A stretch of 64,000 nucleotides of DNA from Callorhinchus milii (taxonomy: Eukaryota). The notes below the pieces were generated by a model, which saw only the letters and a list, made by a program, of their open reading frames with translations, was not told the DNA's origin and did not search any database. Each line of letters starts with the position of its first letter. Position 1 is the stretch's first letter. Both the position numbers and the translations under genes were made by a program. The stretch is taken from contig NW_024704742.1 of NCBI RefSeq assembly GCF_018977255.1, positions 44,828,001 to 44,892,000 of the forward strand. Direction: 5' to 3'. This document shows positions 25,428-37,250 of the stretch, in pieces.

Positions 25428-26467
25428 CTTTGACATGGGGTTTGAACCCACAGCTTTCTGATTCAGAGATGAGAATGAGCCAGACTGGAATGCCTGTTTC
25501 TGTGCTGTGGCATTTTCAATTACTGAGTAGAGTATTAAACATAAATCGTATGTTCAGAAATGATGTTAACAATTGCAAAAATTTGAGTACACCAATTGGT
25601 TCGCAGTGCAGCTTTGAAGTACAAAAGTGGCTCCTTACATTCTGAAGGATTCTAGATAGGTGGAGGGATCTCAGAATGGTAAGATCCTAATGCTATGTGA
25701 GAAGGATTTCAAGTTCCACTCTGAAGAACAGTTAAGCGAGTGAACCAGTTCATTCCCCCCATATATGTACAGCTAGATTATGTTCAAAATGTTTCCAGAC
25801 TTCAAACTCCTAAGGTCATTGTAAATTGCCCAATGCAGGGAGAAATCCACTTGGGTCCAAATTTACTCAATTTTCCTACCATTTCAAAGCATGCAGAATT
25901 TGACAAATTGTTGTATTCAGTCTTAATTTGACGTTGGTTTTCCTAAGGTCATTTTAAGAACAATAGTAAACTGACCTTAAAATTTAACAATTGTCAAAAA
26001 AAAGGCATGCTCTAAAATGCTAAAAATAAAGTTCAAGTCTAGATCCAGGTATAATTTCCCCAGAGAAACAAATAAACACCCTTCCTCAGCAGGTTTTGAA
26101 TGAAAATAAGGGCATTGAAGGGCCAGTATATTTCTTAATAGGATGAACTTACTTCCTAGCTAAGGTCAGTGAATTTATACCAGAGTAAATCAGCAGTAAA
26201 TTGGAGGATTGCCTTTCTGGAGACCTTCAGAACGTAAGGCACCACTTTTGTACTTCAAAGCTGCACGGCGAACCAATTGGTGAACTCAATTTTTTGCAAT
26301 TGTTTAACATCACTTCTGATTTATGTTTAATACTCTACTCAGTAATAGAAATTGCCACATCACAGAAACAATCATTTTTGGCCAATCAGCCAGTTTCCGT
26401 CTGGCTCAGTTGGTAGCACTCTTGCTTTTGAGTGAGAAAGCTGTGAGTTCAAACCCCATATCAGAAC
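25428..26467. repeat. ~1-kb imperfect palindrome (concentric foldback)
   Basis: outer arms 25428-25660 / 26212-26467; inner arms ~25838-25913 / 25985-26060; central hairpin 25944-25979. Confidence 0.9.
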
Positions 26468-26790
26468 TTTGAACTCACAAGTCTAGTCGACTCTGCAATA
26501 CAGTGCTTGGGGTGCATTGAGATGTCGTCCTTCCAAAGAGATGTTAAACTGAGGTCTGGTCTGCCTGTTCAGTTGGAAGTTGAAAGGAGAAGGGAGTTTC
26601 TCCGAGTGTTCTGGCCAACGATCCCTCAAATAAAATTTGTCATGTACTTCATGGCTGTTTGTGGGACATTGCTTTGTGCAAATTAACTGTTGTGTTTGCC
26701 TATAAAATATGCTCATAGCACTTTACTGTATATTCTGTAAAGTGTTATCAGATGTTCTAGTGACATGAAAGGTAATACATCAAATGTAAG
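26399..26790 (+). mobile_element. SINE family B (Deu-domain), full length
   Basis: ctggctcagttggtagcactc...gttcaaaccc head; Deu core; tail. Confidence 0.85.
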
Positions 26791-27107
26791 AACGCATCAA
26801 GCCTGTTCTTGTATTTTTCTCCACATGAGCCACCTGATCTAATCCTACTTTCCTGCTCCCATAACCTTTACAATTTCTCGAGCATCTATCTGGTTTGTCT
26901 TTCTTCCCTGGGTTAGGTCCCCTGTGCCATTCTCATGCTTCTGACCAGGAAGAATATATGTAATACATATAATGTTAGCCAATATTTTCTTCCAGCTTCC
27001 TTTGCATTCTCAAAGAAGCAGCACTTTGATTCGACAAGGCAGACACCCAGTGGAATCTAATTGAAGTTATGGACAAGCTACGTGCATAATCTAAGATTGA
27101 AGCCTGA

Positions 27108-27781
27108 CTCCGCAACATTGCCAGACTCCGCCACTGCCTCACCCCTCAGGCTGCCGAAGCACTTACCCACGCATTCGTCACTTCAAGGCTCGATTATAGA
27201 AACTCCCTCCTCATTGGCCTTCCCAACTCTTCCCTTCGCAAGCTGCAGATCATCCAAAACTCTGCAGCTCGTGTACTCTTGCGTACTAGGCTCCGTGACC
27301 CAACCACTCCCACCCTCGCCCGACACCACTGGCTCCCCATCCCTCAGAGGATCAAATTCAAGATACTCATTCTCACTTTCAAGGCCATCCATGGCTTCGC
27401 CCCCTCCTACCTCTCAAACCTGCTGACTCCCTACTAACCTGCCCACTCCCTCCGTTCAGCGGGCTCCGGCCTGCTCTATGTCTCCCGCCCGACCCGCCCT
27501 ACCATCGGTAGCCGGGTTTGTTGCAGCCTCTCTGCCCCCACACTCTGGAACTCCATCCCACAGTCCCTTCGCCTCGCTTCCTCCCTTGCCTCCTTCAAGA
27601 CCGGACTCAAGACCCTCCTCTTCGATCGTGCCTTCAGTCTCCCTCCCACCTCTGCCTTCCCTCACCTCTACCCCACCCCTCCTCCATGCTCGGGTCCTGA
27701 CCTTTGACTGTCCAGTGCCTTGGGACATCCTCCCGACATGAAAGGCGCTCTATAAATGGAATTTTGTTGTTGTTGTTGTTG
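27108..27781 (+). mobile_element. Young 5'-truncated L2 copy
   Basis: clearly homologous to 8183-8870; in-frame WNSIPQSLRLASSLASFKTGLKTLLFDRAF; (TTG)n tail. Confidence 0.93.
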
Positions 27782-28058
27782 ATCTTGACTCCTTCCCATT
27801 GCTTCTTGGTAGATTGTGGCAGTTTTCTTATCTGCTGAATAGTTAGCCTGACACCACACAAGATAAGATGATTCACTTTACTAATAATGAATGATAATCA
27901 TAGCTCTTTTCACAGTACAACCAAACATGGAATAAATTAGGTTTGAACATTTCAAGGAGCTAGCAAATATAAATTAAATGAGTTAACATACAACCACATG
28001 TCATAATTCTGCTAACATTCTGCTAACTCTGCCTGACATCACAGAGTTGAAGGTTATA

Positions 28059-28376
28059 AATAATAATAATAATAATAATCCTTGCATTTGATACAGTGCT
28101 TTTCACATCTTCTAGACGTGTCAAAGTGCTATACAGAATATGCTGTAAAGTGAATTGACCGTATATTTTTGGGCGAAACGTGGCAGCCAATTGCGCACAG
28201 CAATGTCTCACAAACAGTCATGGATTGAAAATTATCAATTTATTATTTTTTTTGTTTTGGAGGGATTATTATTTGGCGTGTGGAGTAAGGAAACTTGCCC
28301 AAGGTTTTGCCCTGCCTGGAATTGAACCCAGGTGTCTCGCTTGCAAAGCGAGTGCTTTAACCACTGAGCTACAGGA
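28059..28376 (-). mobile_element. SINE family A, short form
   Basis: complete tRNA-like head (anticodon-like TGC); lacks the ~60-bp middle segment of the long form. Confidence 0.9.
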
Positions 28377-28720
28377 TTCCACTTTGGTTACTATTTGGAG
28401 TATTGTGTCTAAAATGGGATATTGTGTCTAATTCTGTTCTCCACAGTATAAGAAGGATATAACAGTAAAAAAAAGAGTACAGGGTAGGTTTACGAGGAGG
28501 ATAATGAGATTGTGGAACTTGTTGCCTGAAGCAACAAGCAAATCAGATAGTATAAATGTATTCAAGAAGAAGCTTGACCTTCACATGAGGAAGAGGGGAA
28601 TAGAAGGATATGAGAGGGATTAAGGAGTAGTTGAACACTCATGTGGAGTCTAAACATTGGTGCAGACGGGATGGGCTAAGTGCCCTGTTACCGTGCTGTA
28701 AATTCTATTTAAATCTTTGT
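28377..28720 (+). mobile_element. CR1 3' fragment, internally deleted
   Basis: ttggagtattgtgt (LEYCV); ctccacagtataagaaggatata; gatgggctaagtgccctgttaccgtgctgtaaattctat. Confidence 0.75.
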
Positions 28721-28924
28721 AAAACCATATTATTTAAATTTTACATCCTAATGGAACTGTTGTATGTAAAACGCAGATAATGCTGCTGTGTATTGCTGTG
28801 GACTTGATAAATTCACTCTTTTATTAAGAGTCTTCATTCAGGAACTGTACAGAAGTTTTATTCTTTCTCCTAGAGCCATCCCACTTCCCGGCAATTTATT
28901 CTGATTCATAATAATTTTCACTTT

Positions 28925-29437
28925 TTTATCTGTCTATGGCCTCCAATGCTGTTCCAAAAAAGCACAACACAAGCTTGAGGAACGGTACTTCATCTACTTC
29001 CTGGGCACCTTACAGCCCTCTGGCCTCAATACTAACTTTAACCACTTCAGACCTTAAGCGCAGCTTCCATCTTCTCTCAGCCTTGCTTCCCCTGTCCCCC
29101 TCTTCTATAACTATTCACATATCCTCTGGGTCTCAGACACATCTTTTCTCTAAATCTCTCACTATTGCTTTATTTTGTCTTGCACCATCAACACCTCTGA
29201 TCTCGTCATCTAAGGTCCTTCACCTTTTTTTTCTTTTGTCTTTCTTCCCCCGCCCCCTTCTCTGCTTGTTTTTATAGTTTGCTCTCTTCCAACATCCCCC
29301 AGTTCTGACAAAAGGTCATCAACCTGAAACGTTAACTCATTTTCCTCTCTCCATAGATGCTGCCTGACCTGTTGATTATTCCCAGCGACTTCTGCTTTTA
29401 TTTCAGATCTCCAGCATCTGCAGTATTTGCCTTTTGT
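28925..29437 (+). mobile_element. Penelope-like retroelement 3' remnant (GIY-YIG C-terminus plus pLTR segment)
   Basis: 28968-29057 translates HKLEERYFIYFLGTLQPSGLNTNFNHFRP*, the typical end of the Penelope GIY-YIG endonuclease; followed by pyrimidine-rich sequence and a hammerhead-like motif. Confidence 0.8.
29301..29337 (+). ncRNA. Minimal hammerhead ribozyme motif (Penelope type), core mutated
   Basis: agtt-CTGACAA-AAGGTCATCAACCT-GAAAC-GTT-aact; CUGANGA has a G>A change. Confidence 0.65.
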
Positions 29438-29473
29438 TCAATTTTTTATCCTCCAACTAAGTCATCATTCACT

Positions 29474-29487
29474 GCACTAGGTGGCAG
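29474..29487 (+). promoter_or_regulatory. Possible CTCF site
   Basis: GCACTAGGTGGCAG matches CCASYAGRKGGCRS at 13 of 14 positions; motif only. Confidence 0.35.
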
Positions 29488-30422
29488 TATATCACATAAC
29501 ACATCTAAGTGGAAAAAATGATTCTATAAATAATAATCAGGTTCTCATTTCCCATATCTTTACAAAATACATCTTATGCCCATATTTCTGGCTGACTTGA
29601 TTAAAAGCTTGTTTCATGTTGATTTTTGATTTTTTTCAATAAAAACAGATTTGACCTTCCTTAAACTTTTCAGTGCTTAGGATCTTACAGTCTTTGACTG
29701 CAAGACTATTTTATCTTAAAATCTAAGATTGTGCTGAATTGTAGGAAACTCCTATTCAAATTCAATTTTAATTTGCAAAATGGTTCATTTTAATAAAGGC
29801 AAGGAAACTGGCCTACAAAGAGTGAATTTTTAAGTTTCGTTTTCATAATTCCACACAATCTTCAATTATAAAAGAAAATGGATTTTCAGGCTCAGACAAA
29901 TTAGACTTTCAAGCCTGTCATTTGTTTGACAGTTTATTTATATAAACAGTTGAAAAGATTATTTTTATAACAGTTTAGTTGTGCAGTTTATTTCTATTTC
30001 TGAGCACACTGACTACAACTGAAGATAACATACTATTTATGAATTCCTCATAAATTAGTTTTATTTCAATTCCTTAGGTTTATGATCTAGACCTACTTTC
30101 TTTGTATTTGCTTTGTTCATTTTTGAAATACAGTTTGATCATACATACATCTTTTTTAAATTTATCAGATTGAACTTGTTTTCTATTTAATGACTTATAG
30201 TTGAAACTTTTATTAGGTTAATTTATAATTATTGCCTTCAATCTACTACTATAATATAGATTATAATTATTGTCTCCAATCCAATGTGAACCAGAATTCA
30301 ACTGCTTTTGCTGGGAATTTGTTCCACATAGCCATTTAACTCTGTAGGGAGAAATACATATTTTTTATTTTTAGCCTTGCTTGAGATCTGTCATTTTACA
30401 GATACTGGATTTACAAAACTTA

Positions 30423-30552
30423 AAATACTGCAGATGCTGGAAATCTGAAAACAAAAACAGAAGTTGCTGGGAAGACTCAGCAGGTCAGGCTGCATCTATG
30501 GAGAAATGAAAGTGAATCAACATTCCAGGTCCATGATCCTTTGTCAGAACTG
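30423..30552 (-). mobile_element. Penelope pLTR fragment with degenerate hammerhead
   Basis: reverse complement of 29301-29428; minus strand agttCTGACAAAGGATCATGGACCTGGAATG. Confidence 0.8.
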
Positions 30553-30836
30553 ATTTACAACTCTTAGGAATAGATTAGAAAATGAAATGCTTTTCAACGG
30601 ATTCAATAGCATGTCTGATAACTATTGAATCAATTCTGAAGCACTGCATTTTCACCTCATCGTTTGAGGTAAAGTCAGATAACTTTGAGATCTAACCATA
30701 TATTTTATTAGCTTTTTTTATGCTTTTTTGATAAAATCTTTCCACACAGGAAACTTTAAGTAGATGAAAATATGAGTGCCCAAGTTCTTTTCTTTCTCTC
30801 CCTTCACCATGAATGCATATTCATTGTATTATTGAT

Positions 30837-30938
30837 AACAAAAACAGAAGTTGCTGGGAACACTCAGCAGGTCAGGCAACATCTCTGCAGAAATGGAAGT
30901 GAGTCAACATTTCAGGTTCACGAACCTTCGTCAGAATT
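30837..30938 (-). mobile_element. Penelope pLTR fragment with near-intact hammerhead core
   Basis: minus strand aattCTGACGA-AGGTT-CGTG-AACCT-GAAAT-GTTGACT. Confidence 0.8.
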
Positions 30939-31224
30939 GAACAGTATTTTGGGTTTTGTTCATTGTATTATTTTCTGATATACATTGGCCCCTTGGATAT
31001 TTTGATTTGTGCATTTTACCCTTCTGTACAAATTACAATACAATACAAAATAAAAAATGACATTTGTGTAACACCTTTCACATCTGAGAGGACATCCCAA
31101 GGCATTGGGCTAGTCAAATTTGGCATCTTAGGCATGGATGATATTAATATTCCTCCTAACGTGCTGGGAAAGGCATACAGTTGTTTTGGTTTGGATCCAC
31201 GGGCCTACCTACTAACTCCTAAAT

Positions 31225-31465
31225 GTGTTAGAGCTCATGATCACAGCAACTGTAAAGATCCTATGGCTTTATTTGAAAAGGATTGTCTCATTCTCTCCTG
31301 GTCAGCTAACTCCAAATAATTTGGTCTGTAATCTCATGGTCCTGTGTGGTAATATGGTGGTACAACATGTCTGCCATACTTGCCTACAAAACAGTCACTA
31401 CATAATTACTTGTGAAGCTCTTTGAGATGTTTTGACACGATAAAGTGCCATAAAAAAGCAAATTC
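31225..31465 (+). mobile_element. Degraded SINE family B 3' part
   Basis: tgtaaagatcctatggctttatttgaaaag...gtgaagctctttgagatg. Confidence 0.6.
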
Positions 31466-31637
31466 TTTCTTTTAGAGTTTTGGAACCAGCCTGTAAAGGA
31501 TACATTCCTGAAGAGCAGGACCTCACACAGAGTTTGTTGCTTAGAACTAGATACAACAGGAGCGTTCTATGTTTGTAACACCAATTGTTTGGAACCTGAT
31601 TTTCTTTACTACATTTCTATTTATTTATTTTGTGGTG

Positions 31638-32003
31638 TCCTGTAGTTGTTGGTTAGAACACTCGCCTTGCAAACTAGAGGACCTTGGTTCGATTCCTGGG
31701 CAGGGCAAGTTTCGTTACTCAACACACCTCCGTTTACCTAGATGTAAGCTGTTGCTAGCCGATTCGTGGATCGCTTTTCCAGGATAATAATCCCTTTTAA
31801 AAAAAAGAAACAATTTGGGTCATTCAATCCACAACTGTTTGTGGGATACTACTGTGTGCAACTGGCTGTTGCAATTTGCTCACAAAACGTACAGTCAATT
31901 CACTTTATGGTATATTCTGTGAAGTGCTTTGAGACATCTCGAAGACGTGATAAGCCATTATATCAAATGCAAAGATTATTACAATTTCTATTGTTATTAT
32001 TAT
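31638..32003 (+). mobile_element. SINE family A, long form
   Basis: tcctgtag..ggttagaacactcgccttgcaa...ggttcgattcc head; full tail. Confidence 0.9.
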
Positions 32004-34329
32004 TTGAAATGCCATCGGAGCTTCATAGTCTGTAAAATATGATGTTTGACAACATTTTGACTGTCCCAATGTACAGTAATGGAGAGAAACCCATTTTATT
32101 ACAATGTATAATTCAGTACAACAGTACAAAGCATCTGCTCATATTGGATTAAAGTGTCTCTAATGTTCCAAGTGTTAATATTTTAGATGTGAAATGATAA
32201 AAAGTAATGTGCTGTAATGTCTTCTATAAAACAATGTGCTAGTGGGACATATATGTAATAAAATTGATATGATTTTACAAATGAATAATTCATGATCAAT
32301 TCAAATTAAAGTACATCGGGTCCTACGTTGGAACAATGTGACAATTAACCAATTAATCAAAGATCTGAAGTTAATTAAAATTCTTATTGTCAAATTCACA
32401 AAAATATAATTATCGCTTCAACGATTAGATAAATGCATAGTCTCCATCCACTATTTTGCTCAAATGTATGTAATTGAATGCAAATGTAAAACAGAAAGGT
32501 TTGGGGATTTTTTTCAAAGAGAGGGAATAATTAAAAACGTGCTTTATTAAACTTCCTGTAGTTTGGTCAGTTTACCACTAGGTCGTAATACAATGAGGGG
32601 TTTTCACTGAATTGGGTTTCACCCACAAAATACAGTGTTAGTCCACTTTACAGTATATTCTGTGAAACACTATGAGATGTCTCAGCAACGTGATACAATG
32701 TTAGAATACATATATATATTGTTGTAATTGCACAACACATGTCAAGATAAGTTTGGATGCCAGAGGCTATTCTGACCATTTGATTTGCTTCTCATAGAGT
32801 ACAGACCCTACTCTCTTCAAATTATAGCATCAAACTATTTCCTGAATGAGACCAACTTCTTGGCTTGTACCATTCTTCCATTTAACTCCACACTCTTTCC
32901 CTTGGAGGTCTGGGATTTTGAGCAGTTTTAAATTGTTTTTGAAAGATGCATATGACAAACACACTGGTACACTGGAATGCCTATGACGTTGAGAGCATTT
33001 TTCAATCAAAAATTGTGTACTGATACTTTGAAGCATAACTTATAGGATGAAAGAAATTCAGTCTGAAGGTTCAACTGAACTAACATTGACTGTAGATTCA
33101 TAATGATAAACAAAGGTACCGTTTTAGTTTCAACTTCAAAGACAGTTGAGCATTTAACAATATACTGAGCTTATGTCACACGTTGTTATTGTGGAATCAA
33201 AATTGTGGTGTTCCTAACATATCCTAAGGGAATGAGGTTAAAATGTGCTTTGAAATACCTTCCCCCTGATTTCTGAATAATTGTAGAGTCCAAACCTGGG
33301 TGAAAAGCTCTAAGTGCTGCCATTCTGAATTCACGTTTAGTGAGGATCATTTGTGAAACATGGCCTTTTGATCTTATTGTATTCAATCTAGGTTAGGGCA
33401 GTATCTTATCATTATTAATTCATTATTAACATAATTATCATTAATAATATTACTACTAATAATAATGGGAGATAATATTAATAATGGGAGAAACTCTCAT
33501 TTCTTTTCGAGTAATGCAACAGGGACTTTAATGTTCACCTGACTAGACAGATGGGAGCTCAGTTTAATGGAAGAGCAAATTTATGAATGAGTCTGTTTTG
33601 ATGCTCACAAACAGATCACTTAATTCACTAAAACCTTTAACGTCCATTAACATTTGCAATTTTTTGGCTTACCTTAGCTTTCCTGGGAACTAATGAATAT
33701 TTATATAATTTGTTCTGGCCACTTATTCTACTCTAGCCAAAATCAGTTGAATGAGTATCACCACAGTGTAATGAAAATGAAAAAGCAGCAAGCTTGAGTT
33801 CAGATGTAATGCACAGTCAGTTCAATTTAAAATTGTTGAGATTCTTAATGTTGATTGTGCAAATAATTTTATTGCAAATAACATGCTGCATCTTCCTGAT
33901 GTTTGGGTTACAAAGCTGGCATGAAAATGGTTGAATACTTGTCTTGTGATTGCTTCTTTTGTGTACTAGACCTAATGCTGTTAAGCACTTACCTGATATA
34001 TTAAGACAGTTTGCTGAAATTAAAGAGACGATTCTTGGAAGGTCAGCAAATTTACAAGCTTTAGTGGGCAACAACAGCTTAGTCTTTGCTGGCTGTAAAT
34101 TTACAGACCTTGGTGTTGTGAGTTTACAAATGGGAAGTTCAATTGTAAACACATGCCACCAGGATCAGTCAATTTACTAACCAGAGGAGAACTATATGTT
34201 CTTGCCTGCCAAAGTCCCTACTTTCATCAAACTTTAGCGTTATTGGTGTTAGGCTATTGAGCCTGTAATTACATTGGTTAGGTTCATTGTACTTTATAAA
34301 TATGGATGTTACACATGTTTTGTATCCTA

Positions 34330-34640
34330 CTTTCCTACAGTCAACTCTCAGGCCTATCCCATCTCCCTGCATACGTTCTCCGCTACTCCAACCTGAGTTG
34401 GAGTGTCTTCATGTCTAGCCTGGTGCATGTCCCTCTCCCTTTCTGCCTCACCATCAATGCTTGATCTTTTTAGACACTTTGCTCTCACTTTTTAGAACTC
34501 CCACCCTCCCACTCACCCCCAATTCTCACCCTAATCAGCCTCCCACTAAAATTAGGCTGCCACTTCACAGGCTGGGTGAATTGCTTTCAGATGTTTTCCT
34601 ATGTGAATGTTATTATATAAGTACAAGTTGTTGTTGCTGT
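34330..34640 (+). mobile_element. Old L2 3' fragment
   Basis: pyrimidine-rich L2-like sequence ending gtgaatgttattatataagtacaagttgttgttg. Confidence 0.55.
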
Positions 34641-34689
34641 TTCCAGTCCTGCTGAGCCTCCCACTGCTACCACAATGATAGCAAATATC

Positions 34690-35560
34690 TCACAAATATC
34701 CTCCCTATTCTCCTTCAGCACCTTAGGATGCATACCTTTTGGCTTAATTTAACAAGTACCCCTGGCACCTTCATTTGCTTGGACAATAGATATACTGCAG
34801 AAGATTTGGTGGAAAGTTAGCATTATCTTCCCTTATGAACACTCCTGGAATATATTTATTTAGTATCTCAACTATTTTATTTGCTTTAACTTTGCTGTCA
34901 CTTTTTTCTCTTTGAGTTCTTATCTGACTGCTCTTCGAGTGTCACAATGCTGGAAGACATTTTTGGTATTATTCTTGGCATCTTTTGCTGCACACATCTC
35001 TTGGGTCCACTTTACATGTTTCATATCACTTGAAACCAATACATATTTCTCTTCCAGAGATGTCTCTCTATTTTCCATATAGGTTTTGTACAGTCATTTT
35101 CTTGTCCACGCTCATTGCAATTGACCATTCCAAACATTTCAGATAATATGAATTTAGGTTGTATCTTGGAGGGAATATACTCAGAGTTACTGTAATACTC
35201 CATTCATACTTTCTTTTTNCTGTCTCCATTGAGATAACTTCCATTAATTTATTTCAGTCCTCCCAATAACCCTTTGAAGTTTAGCTTTTATTAATAAAAA
35301 AACTTACAGTATTTGTCCTCATCCTCATTGATATTTATTTTCAATAATTTAATCATGTTATGTTCCTAGAGGTTTCACTACTTATATCTGCTACTCGGAT
35401 CACATGTAAGAATCAAGATCAGGTGAAATTTGTAGCAATTGATGACAAATTTAATGTCACATCAAATCCCCTGATTTCCAATATATTCTTCTGTCCCTAT
35501 TCCCAATTTGACAAAAAAGTGGCTACAATCTTGAATTTCAGGAAAACTGGAATAAGTTTG
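34690..35560 (-). mobile_element. Old CR1 ORF2 fragment (endonuclease end to tether region)
   Basis: minus strand PKGMHPKVLKE at ~34720; weaker CR1 endonuclease-like remnants at 35340-35550. Confidence 0.55.
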
Positions 35561-35879
35561 TTTTTAATTCCGAGAGGCAGCATTTACAGCACAGTTACTG
35601 AATGAGTCAGTGTACTGTTTTTAGCTCTATTCAATGGCTGATTTCTATGATCAAGAGAAGCAATGGAGCAGATAATTCCTTGTTTGGAACCATTTATGCT
35701 GAGGGAGGGGGTGCAAAGAGAGAAATTCAGGATTTAAAAACAAAGTCACTCCAGCTCCAAGATGTTGGTGATTTCCAAAATCATGAGTAGGAGTGAACCA
35801 TTATGAGTAGGAGTAGATGGAGAGGGTGTTCAACTCCACAGCCATTCTTTAGAAATGTATGGAAAAACGTGATGTTTAA

Positions 35880-36290
35880 TAACGATCACATCAAATCTGT
35901 TATAAACTTTTCCAAATATTCCTTCAATACGTCCATGACATGGTCAGACATGATCTATCTCTTCTGAACCTAAGTTGTCAATCATTTATTATATTAAATT
36001 TAATCAGGTAATCTTTTATTTTCTTTCCAATGATTGATTCCATACATTTACCTCAACTATTTAGGTAAAGGATCTATCATTACCCTGTATGATTCTGTTA
36101 ACTATCTGAGCAACATATGTTTGCTTCCAGTTCATTGGAACCTCACCTATGGTAATTGACTCTCTCATAATGTCTATCAGTGCTATCCAAATTTTCTGCC
36201 TTGTCTCCTTCAGTACCATGGGGTATAGTTTATTCATCCCAGGAGATTTGTTGGTTTTCAGCCCCTTGAGCCTGTCTAGAAGTTCAACTT
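35880..36290 (-). mobile_element. Second old CR1 RT fragment
   Basis: minus strand LKGLKTNKSPGMNKLYPMVLKE at 36205-36270; RSCLT motif near 35940. Confidence 0.65.
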
Positions 36291-36749
36291 AATTTGTGTA
36301 AAACTTCTGGAGCTCAAACAATATTTGTTGGATATTGTCAGGTTGTTAGTGACCTCCATGGTAAAATCTTCCAGGTAGTCAACATCCTGCCCAGTAGGAA
36401 TGTAAAATGCAAAGGCATTTCTACCTCCTTGTTAATCTAAGCCAGAATATTTTTGTTTGTGACATCAGTTCATAATGCTTCCATGATCTTCAAAATCTCC
36501 GACATCTAGAAGACCAGCTCTTTTCTATTCCATCATGTGCCCCTGGATTTTGAGATTCTTTCCATCTTTTAACCCACAACAAACATTGCCACAGTGCTAT
36601 ATGTTTGTTTTCACACAAACTGGGATAGGAAAAGGGTATTACACCCAATAGGTTGGCTATTAATTCTCTAGATAAATTGATGGTTATTTATGTCACAGTT
36701 TCAAAACACCACACTTGACAGCAATTACCTTTGAAACATATTCAATAAT

Positions 36750-37250
36750 ATCAACAACAACCTGCATTTATTCAAAGCCCTTCACAGAGGATAACTCCTT
36801 GAAGCACAACAAGGTGTCAGGATTGGATGCCAAGCAAGGGAAAAGGAGGAGATGGCAATAGGTCCGGTTGATGAGGTACAAGTTGATCTTATGATGGAAT
36901 TTAAAGATAGATAATGAGGGGGTGAGCCGTAGGGATTGAGCCAGAGAGTTCTAAAGGCATAGTGCCTGAAAGCACAGCCATCGATGGTGGTGCGGAGGGA
37001 TCAGGGGGACATCAAGCAGGCCTATTTTAGTTGAACAAAGAGGGCAGAGGAGTAGGGTAACAGCAGATCAGAGAGCTGGAGGTGGGGGATGCTACTGTAT
37101 GAAATGATTTGTATGTGAGGGTGAGGATCTTGAAGTAAATTATTTCAGATATAGGAACCAGTGAAGCTTGGTGAGGATTGGAGTGATGGGGGTGCTCAGT
37201 TTTTTGTGGGTGAGGATATGGATGGCAAAGTTTTGGCTGATTTTAGCCAT
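36750..37250 (-). mobile_element. Old L2 3' fragment
   Basis: caacaacaacctgcattta tail; gtgagggtgaggatcttgaa = FKILTLT on minus. Confidence 0.7.

Noticed and set aside
28305..28376. tRNA-Ala-like sequence (also at 1116, 17390, 31638, 43245)
   Set aside because: SINE heads continuous with SINE bodies, not tRNA genes
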